DNA from: an uncultured Actinomycetes bacterium
GTDB lineage: Bacteria; Actinomycetota; UBA4738; HRBIN12
DNA length: 64,000 nt
Assembly: GCA_963706005.1 (NCBI GenBank)
Contig: CAVPLL010000001.1
Coordinates: 97,603 to 161,602 of the forward strand
Direction of reading: 5' to 3'
Notes under the pieces: model-generated
Told to the model about the DNA's origin: nothing
What the model saw: only the letters and a program-made list of their open reading frames with translations
The model's database searches: none
Made by a program: the position numbers and the translations under genes
Shown here: in pieces, positions 17,510 to 25,680 of the stretch
How the letters are laid out: each line of letters starts with the position of its first letter
Position numbering within the stretch: the stretch's first letter is position 1

Positions 17510-18583
17510 CTACGGCGGGAGCAGCTCGACCTCGACGGCCTTGAACGACGCCCACAGGTCGGTGCCCGTGCGCACGCCGAGGCGTTCGATCGAGCCGAGC
17601 GTGACCTCCGCGACCAGGGGCGGGGCGCATGCGAGGCGGACGCGGGCGCGATCGCCCTCCACGGCGACGGAGGTCACGCGACCCCTGAGCACGTTGCGCG
17701 CCGAGCCCCCGGGCCGCTCCGTCCCCAGGGTGACGTCGACCGGTCGAACGATGGCGATCACCTCGCCCGACCCGTACCACTCGGGCCAGGGCACCACGAG
17801 CGCTCCGTCGCTCGAGATCAGCCGGCCGGTTCCCTCACCGAGAGGCTCCAAGATCCCGCGGATGGCGTTCACGCCGACCAGGTCCGCGGCGTAGCGAGAG
17901 CGGGGAGCCGACCGGATCTCCTCCGGCGTGCCGATCTGCGTCACGTTGCCCTCCTCGACGATGACGAGCCGGTCGGCGAGCGTGGAGGCCTCGACCGGGT
18001 CGTGGGTGACGAGGATCCGGACACCTGGGAAGCGTTCGAGCTCGTCTCGGACCACCTCGCGCACGCGCGCACGCGCGCCGACGTCGAGGGCGGAGAGCGG
18101 CTCGTCGAGCAGGAGCAGCGCGGGCTCGCCGACCAGCGCCCGCGCGAGTGCCACCCGCTGCGCCTCGCCACCCGAGAGGTCCCGTGGACGAGCATCGGCG
18201 CGCGCCTCGACACCGAGCCGTCGAAGGAGGTGGTGGCTGCGTTCGTTCGCCTCCGCCCCCGCGACGCCGCGGGCGCGGAGCGGGAATGCGACGTTCTCGA
18301 GCGCCGACAGATGCGGGAACAGGAGCAGGTCCTGGAAGACCACGCCGATCGGCCGGTCCTCCGGTGCGACGCGGATACCGTCGGCCGGTCGGTCGAGGAC
18401 GCTCCCGTCCAGCACGATCGTGCCCTCCTCCGGCGGCACGAGACCCGCCAACGACGACACCAGCGTCGACTTGCCCGAGCCGTTCGGGCCGAGGAGCGCC
18501 ACCGTCTGGGTCGCCTCGGCCTCGAATGCCGCCCGGACCTCGAACGCGCCCCGCCTCGTGGCGATGTCGACCGCGAGGCTCAT
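17510..18583 (-). CDS. modC: molybdate ABC transporter ATP-binding protein with C-terminal TOBE domain
   Basis: ATG at 18583 overlaps the modB stop (ATGA). Walker A GPNGSGKST, signature LSGGEAQRVALA, Walker B LLLLDEP, TOBE motif SARNVLRGRVTSV. Confidence 0.85.
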   Translation of the reverse strand: MSLAVDIATRRGAFEVRAAFEAEATQTVALLGPNGSGKSTLVSSLAGLVPPEEGTIVLDGSVLDRPADGIRVAPEDRPIGVVFQDLLLFPHLSALENVAFPLRARGVAGAEANERSHHLLRRLGVEARADARPRDLSGGEAQRVALARALVGEPALLLLDEPLSALDVGARARVREVVRDELERFPGVRILVTHDPVEASTLADRLVIVEEGNVTQIGTPEEIRSAPRSRYAADLVGVNAIRGILEPLGEGTGRLISSDGALVVPWPEWYGSGEVIAIVRPVDVTLGTERPGGSARNVLRGRVTSVAVEGDRARVRLACAPPLVAEVTLGSIERLGVRTGTDLWASFKAVEVELLPP

Positions 18584-19302
18584 CGCAGGAACCGTCCCCG
18601 GAGCGCGAGGATGACCGCGAATGCCAGCACGATGAGGAGCATCGAGACGGCGAAGGCGGCCTCGGGGTCGGTCTGGAGCTGCTCGAAGACGGCGAGCGGG
18701 AGCGTCTGCGTCCGGCCCTGGAGGTTGCCGGCGAACGTGATCGTCGCGCCGAACTCGCCGAGCGCCCGCGCCCACGACAAGACGAGGGCGGCAGCGATCT
18801 GCGGTGCCATGAGCGGCAGCGTGACCCGTCGCACGACGTACCAGCGAGACGCCCCGAGGGTCGACGCCGCGTCCTCCAGCCGCTCGTCGAGGCCGCGCAG
18901 ACCGGCTTCGAGGGCGAGCACCGCGAGCGGGAACGAGACGAACGTCGCCGCGAGCACGGCGGCGGCCGTCGTGAAGGTGAGCTGGACCCCGAACCACTCG
19001 TACAACCACGATCCGACGAGGCCGCTGCGCCGGCCGAACGCCGCGAGCAGGCCCACCCCGGCGACCACGGGAGGCATGACCAGGGGGAGCACGACGAGCG
19101 CCCGCACGAGCGTCTTCCCGCGGAAGGTGCCGCGCACCAGGGCCCAAGCGAGCGGGAACCCGAGGACGAACGAGACCGCCGCCGCGATCGTGGCGACGAC
19201 CAGCGAGAGGCGGAGAGCGGTCAGCGTCGTCTCGGACGTCAGGATCTCGCCGATGCGGGACCAGGGCGTTCGGATGACGAGGCCCAGCAGGGGCAGCGCC
19301 AC
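18580..19302 (-). CDS. modB: molybdate ABC transporter permease
   Basis: Six-TM BPD-type permease with EAA-like loop DAASTLGASRWYVVRRVTLP. Lies between modA and modC. Confidence 0.85.
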   Translation of the reverse strand: MALPLLGLVIRTPWSRIGEILTSETTLTALRLSLVVATIAAAVSFVLGFPLAWALVRGTFRGKTLVRALVVLPLVMPPVVAGVGLLAAFGRRSGLVGSWLYEWFGVQLTFTTAAAVLAATFVSFPLAVLALEAGLRGLDERLEDAASTLGASRWYVVRRVTLPLMAPQIAAALVLSWARALGEFGATITFAGNLQGRTQTLPLAVFEQLQTDPEAAFAVSMLLIVLAFAVILALRGRFLR

Positions 19303-19354
19303 CAGCGCGACGCCGAGCGCCGCGAGGACGGCGAAGCCGGCCGGCGTCCGCCCC

Positions 19355-20152
19355 CTACGGAGGGGGGAGGAACCCGTACTCGGCCAGCGTCTGTTGTCCG
19401 TCGCCGCGGACGTAGTCGACGAAGCTCTGCGCGAGGTCTGCCTCCTGGGATCCGGTCACGACCGCGATCGGATAGGTCGCGATGACGTTCGCCTCATCGG
19501 GGATCGGGATGAGCGTGATCGTGTCCGCGAGATCCGGCGTGACGTCGGTGACGTAGCCGATGCCGGCATCGGCGTCGCCGGAGACGAGCTTCGTGATGAC
19601 AGCCTTCACGTCCTCCTCGTTGGAGACGACGTTGGCGAGCGCGGCCTTCGAGATCCCCGCGTTCTCGAAGATCTCCCGCGCGTAGTCGCCGGCGGGCACG
19701 CCCTCCGCGGCCAGGACCAGCTGCACGTCGTCCTCGGTCAGATCGTTGAGATCCTCGATCCCCGCAGGGTTGTCGACTGGCACGATGATCGCCAGCCGGT
19801 TCTGCGCGAAGTCAGCTCGCCCCGTCACACCCGGACCGTCGTCCTGCACGGCATCCATCCAGGTCGGGCTCGCCGAGGCGAACACGTCGACGGGGGCGCC
19901 CTCGTTGATCTGACCCGCGAGCCCGTCCGAGGGTCCGAAGTTGAAGGTCACGGTCGTGCCGGGATGCGCCGACTCGAACGCCTTACCGATGTCGGTGAAC
20001 GCGTCCGTGAGCGAGGACGCGGCCGAGACGGTGAGCTGAACCTCCTCGCTGCCGCTCCCGCCACTCGCCCCGCTCGCCCCGCCGCCGCCTGAGTCGCTGC
20101 AGGCGGCAAGGAGCAGCGTCGCCGACATCGCGAGCAACAGCTTCTTCCTCAC
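19355..20152 (-). CDS. modA: molybdate-binding periplasmic-type lipoprotein
   Basis: GTG at 20152 overlaps the regulator stop (GTGA). Lipobox LLLAAC. VSAASSLTDAF...FNFGPS...GYVTD are ModA-like. Confidence 0.85.
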   Translation of the reverse strand: MRKKLLLAMSATLLLAACSDSGGGGASGASGGSGSEEVQLTVSAASSLTDAFTDIGKAFESAHPGTTVTFNFGPSDGLAGQINEGAPVDVFASASPTWMDAVQDDGPGVTGRADFAQNRLAIIVPVDNPAGIEDLNDLTEDDVQLVLAAEGVPAGDYAREIFENAGISKAALANVVSNEEDVKAVITKLVSGDADAGIGYVTDVTPDLADTITLIPIPDEANVIATYPIAVVTGSQEADLAQSFVDYVRGDGQQTLAEYGFLPPP

Positions 20153-20538
20153 TCGTCCACCTCCAGCATCACGTTGGTCGCCTTCACCGTGGCGACGGCG
20201 CGCATCCCGGGCTCGAGGCCCATCTCGTCGACCGCCTCCCGCGTGACGAACGCGAGGATGCGGTGAGGACCAGCGAGGATCTCCACCGTCGCGGCGAGCG
20301 CGTCGCGCTTGATCTCGGTCACGACGCCCGGGAAACGGTTGCGGACGCTCGCCGAGGTCACCGTCGGGCGTTCGCGCCGTTCGTGCAGGAGCCGGGCGAC
20401 CTCGGCGGCCGCGACCACGCGCTGGCCGCCCGCCGTCCGCGACATCGCGAGCTTGCCCTCCCGCTCCCACCGGCGGAGCGTCTCGACGCGCACGCCGAGC
20501 ATCGCGGCGGCGTCACCGATCCGGTACTCGTCGGCCAT
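20149..20538 (-). CDS. HTH (MerR/excisionase-type) plus TOBE/Mop-domain molybdenum-responsive regulator
   Basis: ATG at 20538. HTH IGDAAAMLGVRVETLRRWEREGKL. Mop/TOBE motif SVRNRFPGVVTEI. First gene of the mod operon. Confidence 0.75.
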   Translation of the reverse strand: MADEYRIGDAAAMLGVRVETLRRWEREGKLAMSRTAGGQRVVAAAEVARLLHERRERPTVTSASVRNRFPGVVTEIKRDALAATVEILAGPHRILAFVTREAVDEMGLEPGMRAVATVKATNVMLEVDE

Positions 20539-20546
20539 GGGGCCGG

Positions 20547-20552
20547 AGTATA
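20547..20552 (-). promoter_or_regulatory. -10-like TATACT for the mod regulator/modABC operon
   Basis: Minus-strand TATACT ends 8 nt before ATG 20538 and lies just downstream of the ychF terminator hairpin. Confidence 0.35.
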
Positions 20553-20558
20553 GAGGTT

Positions 20559-20597
20559 CCTGCCGACCTAACACCAGGGAAAGCTGGTGTCGGCAGG
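20559..20597 (-). terminator. hairpin immediately after the ychF stop
   Basis: CCTGCCGAC..ACACCAG (20559-20577) pairs with CTGGTGTCGGCAGG (20584-20597), giving about 15 bp with a small bulge. The stem begins 2 nt after the ychF stop codon. Confidence 0.5.
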
Positions 20598-20599
20598 CT

Positions 20600-21577
20600 T
20601 CAGACCGCGAACCGGACGTGGAGGATGTCGCCCTCCCGGACCGCGTAATCCTTGCCTTCGACCCGCACCTTGCCCTGCTGCTTGGCCGCCTCCATCGACC
20701 CGGCCGCCAGCAGCTCCTCGTACCCGATCACTTCGGCGCGGATGAAGCCCCGCTCGAGATCGGAGTGGATCACCCCCGCCGCCTCGGGCGCCCTCGCACC
20801 GCTCCGAACCTCCCAGGCCCTGGTCTCGTCCTCGCCCGTCGTGAGGAACGTGAGCAGGTCGATCGCGCGGTAGCCGGCGCGGATGACGGTCTCGAGGCCC
20901 GGTTCGTGCACCCCGAACTCGTCGAGCAGCGCGCGGGCCTCCTCGGCGTCCATCTCCGCGGTCTCGGCCTCGATCGAGGCGTAGACCCCGACGGTGCCGT
21001 CGGGGAGGCCGCCGGGAACGTCGGTGCCCTCCTCGAGGTTCGCGACCACCACCCAGGGCTTGATCGTGAGCGGCGCGATCGGCTTCAGCTCGCGCCGGTG
21101 CTCCTCGGACAGGTCCGCGTCCGACAGCGGCGTCTCCGCCTCGAGGGCGGCGTTCGCGGCGGCGAGCGCATCGATCTCGGGCGTGCGCTTGCCCCGCGAG
21201 CGCTTCTCGGCCTTGTGGAGGGCCGGCTCGATCACTGCCTGGTCCGCGATGAGCAGGTCGGCCCGGACCTCCGCGAGCTCGGACGCCGGCGTAGCGTCGG
21301 GGCCGAAGCAGCGCACGACGATCGCGAGCGCGTCCGATTCGCGCAGCTTCGCGATGCCTTGGGACGACGACGTCCCGCCCGGGACGTCCACGAACCCGAC
21401 CTGCGCGTGGACGGTCTTGCGCGAGTGCTCCATCTCGGTCAGCACGTCGACGCGCGGATCCGGGACGGGCACGACGGCGTGGTTGGCCTGACCCCCGTGG
21501 CCGCCGGTCCGTGTGAGGGCCGTGAACAGCGTGGACTTCCCGCTGAACGGCACCCCGACCAGGCCGATGTCCTTCAC
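20600..21577 (-). CDS. ychF: YchF/OLA1-like ribosome-binding ATPase (short form)
   Basis: P-loop GLVGVPFSGKSTLF; DVPG; C-terminal TGS-like IHSDLERGFIRAEVI...GKDYAVREGDILHVRF. Confidence 0.8.
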   Translation of the reverse strand: MKDIGLVGVPFSGKSTLFTALTRTGGHGGQANHAVVPVPDPRVDVLTEMEHSRKTVHAQVGFVDVPGGTSSSQGIAKLRESDALAIVVRCFGPDATPASELAEVRADLLIADQAVIEPALHKAEKRSRGKRTPEIDALAAANAALEAETPLSDADLSEEHRRELKPIAPLTIKPWVVVANLEEGTDVPGGLPDGTVGVYASIEAETAEMDAEEARALLDEFGVHEPGLETVIRAGYRAIDLLTFLTTGEDETRAWEVRSGARAPEAAGVIHSDLERGFIRAEVIGYEELLAAGSMEAAKQQGKVRVEGKDYAVREGDILHVRFAV

Positions 21578-21610
21578 GCGGTCAGTCTAGGGAGCGCGCC
21601 CAGACGCGAG

Positions 21611-21636
21611 GAGGGCGGGGCTGCCGCCCCGCCCTC
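21611..21636 (-). terminator. GC-rich hairpin downstream of sodN
   Basis: GAGGGCGGGGC (21611-21621), loop TGCC, GCCCCGCCCTC (21626-21636). This is a perfect 11-bp stem 25 nt after the sodN stop. Confidence 0.6.
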
Positions 21637-21660
21637 GGTCACGCCTTCGAACCGGCTGGC

Positions 21661-22077
21661 CTACGCCTTGGTCTCCCAGAAGATCTTGCCGATCTCGTCG
21701 ATCGCGTCGAGCAGCTTCTGTCCCTGCGCCGGGTCCTGGGCCTTCTTGGCGAGGCCCGCCTCCTTGGTCGCGTTCCAGAACAGCTCGTGCAGCTGCGGGT
21801 ACTTCTCGACGTGCTCGGGCTTGAAGTAGTCCGTCCACAGCACCCATAGATGCTCCTTGACCAGGTCGGCGCGGGCCTCCTTGATCGCGAGCGCGCGGGT
21901 CCGGTAGTCCTCGACGCTCTCGCCGGCCGTCTTGAACTTCTCCGCGTCCTGGTAGCGGGTCTGGATCGCCTTCACCGACTCGGCCTCCACGCGCGCCTGG
22001 GCGGGGTCGTAGATCCCGCACGGCAGGTCGCAGTGGGCGTGGACGATGCGCCGGGGTCTGAGCAAAGCTCTCAGCAT
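21661..22077 (-). CDS. sodN: nickel superoxide dismutase precursor
   Basis: ATG at 22077. Leader MLRALLRPRRIVHA is followed by the nickel-hook HCDLPCGIYDP. Confidence 0.9.
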   Translation of the reverse strand: MLRALLRPRRIVHAHCDLPCGIYDPAQARVEAESVKAIQTRYQDAEKFKTAGESVEDYRTRALAIKEARADLVKEHLWVLWTDYFKPEHVEKYPQLHELFWNATKEAGLAKKAQDPAQGQKLLDAIDEIGKIFWETKA

Positions 22078-22149
22078 GCGTTCCCTCCTTCGGACGGTCG
22101 GCGTTCGGTGACCCGAACCTACCACCGGCGTCCGGATGCGCGGAAGGCG

Positions 22150-22539
22150 GTGTTCGCATGTCTGCTCGCGGCGACCGCTGCGGCGTATGGGTTCCTACGC
22201 TGGCGGCCCTTCCGGGTGGAGGTGGAGGGCCCGTCGATGCGACCGACCCTCGAGCCGGGCGACTGGGCGATCGCCGTCGTTCCCGCACGCGTCCGGCGCG
22301 GCGACATCGTGGTGGTGGAGCACCCGGATCGTCCGGGGTTCGATCTCGTCAAGCGCGTGACGAGCGTTCCGGGGGACGTGGCGCCCGACGGGTTCCGCCT
22401 GGTCGACGCGGTCTGGGTGGAGGGTGACCATCCGGGGAGCTCGACCGACAGCCGCGAGTTCGGACCGGTCGCGACCGCGCTCCTTCGGGGTCGGGTCCGG
22501 CTCGTGTGGTGGCCACCGGAGCGGATCCGGTTGCTCTGA
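22150..22539 (+). CDS. sodX: NiSOD maturation peptidase (S26 signal-peptidase family)
   Basis: In-frame GTG at 22150. GPSMRPTL (Ser nucleophile) and LVKRVTSVPGD (Lys). Divergent from sodN across 72 bp. Confidence 0.75.
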   Translation: MFACLLAATAAAYGFLRWRPFRVEVEGPSMRPTLEPGDWAIAVVPARVRRGDIVVVEHPDRPGFDLVKRVTSVPGDVAPDGFRLVDAVWVEGDHPGSSTDSREFGPVATALLRGRVRLVWWPPERIRLL

Positions 22540-22540
22540 T

Positions 22541-24139
22541 TCAGCCGAGGTGGATCTCCTCGCAGAACACGAACGAGTCGGGGTCCGGTCCCCCGTCGCA
22601 CAGATCCTGGCCGTCGCCGCCGTTGAGCTGATCCCGCCCCACGCCGCCGCTCACCACGTCCGACCCCCCCTGTCCCTGGAGCCGATCGGCGCCGGCGTTG
22701 CCCAGCACCTGGTCACGGCCGTCGTGACCGAACAGCTGATCCTTCCCCCGGTCCCCGAGGAGCCGGTTCGCGGAGTCGTCCCCATGGATCGTGTCCGCGA
22801 AGGGGGAGCCGGTGACCTGCTCGAACCCCGCGAGCGTGTCGTCGCCCTCTCCCTTCGACGTCCCGTCCCGGAGGTCGACCTGCACGCCCGTGTCCGCCGA
22901 GGCGAAGAACACCGTGTCGATGCCGGGACCGCCGTCGAGGGCGTCGGCGCCCGGGCCGCCGCTGATCCGGTCGTCGCCGGCGCCGCCGGCGAGATCGTTG
23001 GCCTGCCCGTCGCCGATCAGGACGTCGTTCGCGGGAGAACCGAGCGCGTTCTCGAGCCCCGAGAGCAGGTCCGTCCCGTCGCCTCTGGCCGAGGTGTTCA
23101 GGACCACCACGACCGACCCGGGCGATCCGCCGTAGTCCGCGGTGTCAGCCCCGGCCTGCCCGTCCAGGTCGTCGTCGCCGCCCTCGCCCGCGAGCACGTC
23201 GGCTCCGTCGCCTCCCCGGAGCACGTTCGGCCCGTCGTCCCCGGTGATCTGGTCTGCCTCGGGCGATCCCGTGAGGTTCTCGACGGCGTTCACCTGATCG
23301 AGCAGGGCGCCGGCGTGGTTCACGACGCTTCCGCCCAGGTCGGCCACGATCGCGTTCGACGCCGAGTAGTCGAGGGTGTCGGAGCCGTCGCCGCCGTCGA
23401 ACGTGCTCCCACCGAGCCCGCCGAAGAGCTGGTCGCCGTCGGCATCCCCGTGCACGGTGGCGGCTCGCTGCGCTCCGGTCCCCGCCCCGCCCGCGACCGA
23501 GAGCACGTCGTCGCCGGCCCCGCCGTCGAGCTCGATGACCGGTAGGCCGACGATGAGCACGTCGGCATCGCCGGCCGCCTCTGCGGCGTTCAGGTTGATC
23601 CCGCCCTCCCCGACCACCAGGTCGTCGGTGCCTCCGCTCCCGACCACCCGGACCGTCGGCGATCCGGCCGGGAGGTTGATGGTGAACTCGATCTCCGGAT
23701 CCCCCTCGTCCGATTCCGTCGACATGCCCGGCGCGAACGCGCCACCGCCGAGGTCGATGGTGATCGCCGCGGGGATCGCGGTCCCGTTCACGACGATCGC
23801 GTCCGTGGCCGTGACCGTCGCGGCGCCGCACGGGGTGCCGTCCAGCGTGATCGCGTCGCCCGAGCGCGCGATGATCGCGGACTCACCGTTCCCGACCTGG
23901 ATCGTCGCTGTGGCCGTCATCGCGTCGAACGCGCACGTGGGCGCGGCGGACGCGGGCACGGCCGTGATCACGCCCCCGACAAGCCAGGAGGCCAACAGGA
24001 CGGCGGAGCCGGCGGCATGTCGCGGGTTCGCGAACCGGAACGACCGGACGAGCGGGCGGATGAGCGGTCGCACACGGGAACGATAGCCCGGCCCACCTCG
24101 GGATACCGAGAACGGGCGCCTGGTTGCGGCATTTCCCAT
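22541..24139 (-). CDS. secreted protein with hemolysin-type (RTX) calcium-binding repeats
   Basis: Many GGxGxD nonapeptide-like repeats (GGAGDDVLS, GGDGSDTLD, GGDGADVLAGEGGDDDLDG, GGAGDDRISGGPGADALDGGPGID, GNAGADRLQGQGGSD). N-terminal signal-like AVLLASWLVGGVITAVPASA. The start is uncertain (24139 ATG or about 24073). Confidence 0.75.
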   Translation of the reverse strand: MGNAATRRPFSVSRGGPGYRSRVRPLIRPLVRSFRFANPRHAAGSAVLLASWLVGGVITAVPASAAPTCAFDAMTATATIQVGNGESAIIARSGDAITLDGTPCGAATVTATDAIVVNGTAIPAAITIDLGGGAFAPGMSTESDEGDPEIEFTINLPAGSPTVRVVGSGGTDDLVVGEGGINLNAAEAAGDADVLIVGLPVIELDGGAGDDVLSVAGGAGTGAQRAATVHGDADGDQLFGGLGGSTFDGGDGSDTLDYSASNAIVADLGGSVVNHAGALLDQVNAVENLTGSPEADQITGDDGPNVLRGGDGADVLAGEGGDDDLDGQAGADTADYGGSPGSVVVVLNTSARGDGTDLLSGLENALGSPANDVLIGDGQANDLAGGAGDDRISGGPGADALDGGPGIDTVFFASADTGVQVDLRDGTSKGEGDDTLAGFEQVTGSPFADTIHGDDSANRLLGDRGKDQLFGHDGRDQVLGNAGADRLQGQGGSDVVSGGVGRDQLNGGDGQDLCDGGPDPDSFVFCEEIHLG

Positions 24140-24325
24140 CGCACGGATAGCATTTGCACCTGCGATGATCAGGACACGCTGCCGTGGCCTCGTGGGGGCG
24201 ATGATCCCCGACCGGTGCTGCTGTCCCAAGGTGCCCCGCGTCGGCCGATAGGCCCTCGCACACGGGGCACCCACACCCTCGGCCCGCTCCGCTCCGCTCT
24301 CTCACCCCTCAAGGAGGTTCGCCTG

Positions 24326-24541
24326 ATGGACGTCATTACCGCTACCGTCGACGCTCGGGGACGATCGTGCCCCGGGCCGCTCGTCGCCCTGCACCAGGCG
24401 CTGAAACAGGCGCGCCCGGGCGACCTGCTCGAGCTCCTCGCGACCGACCCCGGTTCGAGGTCCGACGTCCCGTCCTGGTCACGGCTCTCGGGTCACCAGC
24501 TGCTCGAGGCGAGCGAGACCGGGGCGTCTACCGCTACGTGA
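24326..24541 (+). CDS. TusA/SirA-family sulfurtransferase
   Basis: ATG at 24326 preceded by AAGGAGG (24311-24317). Active-site motif DARGRSCPGPL. Confidence 0.8.
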   Translation: MDVITATVDARGRSCPGPLVALHQALKQARPGDLLELLATDPGSRSDVPSWSRLSGHQLLEASETGASTAT

Positions 24542-24551
24542 TCCGGAAGGT

Positions 24552-25148
24552 GTGAGGGAGATGGTCCAGACCGCACGTGCCGATGCCGCCGCCCCGACGC
24601 TCGACGAGACGGCGATCCGCGAGCTGATCGAGCACGCGCTCTCCGAACGCGAGGCCGAGGGGATCAACAAGCGGAACAAGGTCACGATCGTCGCCTGGGA
24701 CGGTCACCTGGACCGAGTCTGGCCGACGCTGATCCTGTCGACCACCGCCGCCGCGTCCGGGATGGACGTGAGCGTGTTCTTCACCTTCTGGGGTCTGTTC
24801 GCGCTCGTGAAGCCCGAGCGCCGTCGCAAGACCGGCAAGGACTGGATGACGAAGGCCCTCGGGCAGATGAACCCCGGGTCCACCGCCAAGGCCAAGCTCT
24901 CCCGGTACAACTTCGGGGGGATGGGGCCGTGGATGCTCGGCAAGGTGGCCGAGGGTTACCAGACGCCGCACCCCACAGAGCTCCTCGAGCTCGCTCGCGA
25001 CCTGGGGGTCCGGCTGATCCCGTGTCAGATGACGATGGATCTCATGGGGATCGGCGCCGAGGACCTGATCGACGGGTTGGAGGAGCCGATCGGCGCCGCC
25101 ACCGCGCTGCTGGAGATGAAGGAGAGCGCGATCCAGCTGTTCATCTGA
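24552..25148 (+). CDS. DsrE/DsrF-like family protein (COG2210-type)
   Basis: Follows tusA by 10 nt. VTIVAWDGHLDRVWPTLILSTTAAASGMDVSVFFTFWG and RLIPCQMTMDLMG are typical. The start is 24552 GTG or 24561 ATG. Confidence 0.75.
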   Translation: MREMVQTARADAAAPTLDETAIRELIEHALSEREAEGINKRNKVTIVAWDGHLDRVWPTLILSTTAAASGMDVSVFFTFWGLFALVKPERRRKTGKDWMTKALGQMNPGSTAKAKLSRYNFGGMGPWMLGKVAEGYQTPHPTELLELARDLGVRLIPCQMTMDLMGIGAEDLIDGLEEPIGAATALLEMKESAIQLFI

Positions 25149-25176
25149 CGGTCCGGGGCCGCCTGGGGAAAGGTCC

Positions 25177-25206
25177 TTAGCGAGGCTAATTAGCGATGCG
25201 TAGTAT
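25177..25206 (+). promoter_or_regulatory. putative marR operator plus -10 element
   Basis: TTAGCGA direct repeat (25177-25183 and 25190-25196) around the palindrome CTAATTAG (25186-25193). TAGTAT at 25201-25206 lies 9 nt before GTG 25216. Confidence 0.4.
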
Positions 25207-25215
25207 CATGGGCTC

Positions 25216-25680
25216 GTGCCCACCATCGCTCCCGTCGACGCCACCGCCCTCGCCGCCCGGCTCCGGCTCGGCGTGACCCGGCTGGCGCGCAGGCTCCGAC
25301 AGGAGGCCGAGGCCGGCGTCACGCCCTCGATGCTCTCGGCGCTGTCGGCGGCCGAGCGTCACGGCTCGCTCACGATGCGCGAGCTGTGCCTCGCGGAGCA
25401 GGTCCAGCCCCCGACGATGACCCGCATCGTCGCCGCGCTCGTCCAGGCTGGTCTGGTCCGTCGCGAGGCCGATGCGGTCGACGGACGGGTCGCGTGGGTG
25501 ACGGTCACGCCCGAGGGGCGCCACCTGCTCGAGCGGAGCCGGCGCCGGAAGGAGGCCTACCTCGCGAAGGCGCTCGGATCGCTCGAGCCGCGCGAGCTGC
25601 AACGTCTCGAGGCAGCGGTGACCCTCCTCGAGCGCCTCACCGATCTGCCGCCGACCCCGCAGGCCGAGGAGCGCGGATGA
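25216..25680 (+). CDS. MarR-family transcriptional regulator
   Basis: Winged HTH LSALSAAERHGSLTMRELCLAEQVQPPTMTRIVAALVQAGLVRRE..DGR. The stop overlaps the MFS start (ATGA). Confidence 0.85.
   Translation: MPTIAPVDATALAARLRLGVTRLARRLRQEAEAGVTPSMLSALSAAERHGSLTMRELCLAEQVQPPTMTRIVAALVQAGLVRREADAVDGRVAWVTVTPEGRHLLERSRRRKEAYLAKALGSLEPRELQRLEAAVTLLERLTDLPPTPQAEERG

Noticed and set aside
20539-20599. Moco riboswitch upstream of the mod operon
   Set aside because: The gap is only 61 nt. It is largely occupied by the ychF terminator hairpin and a -10 element, which is too short for the roughly 130-nt Moco RNA motif.
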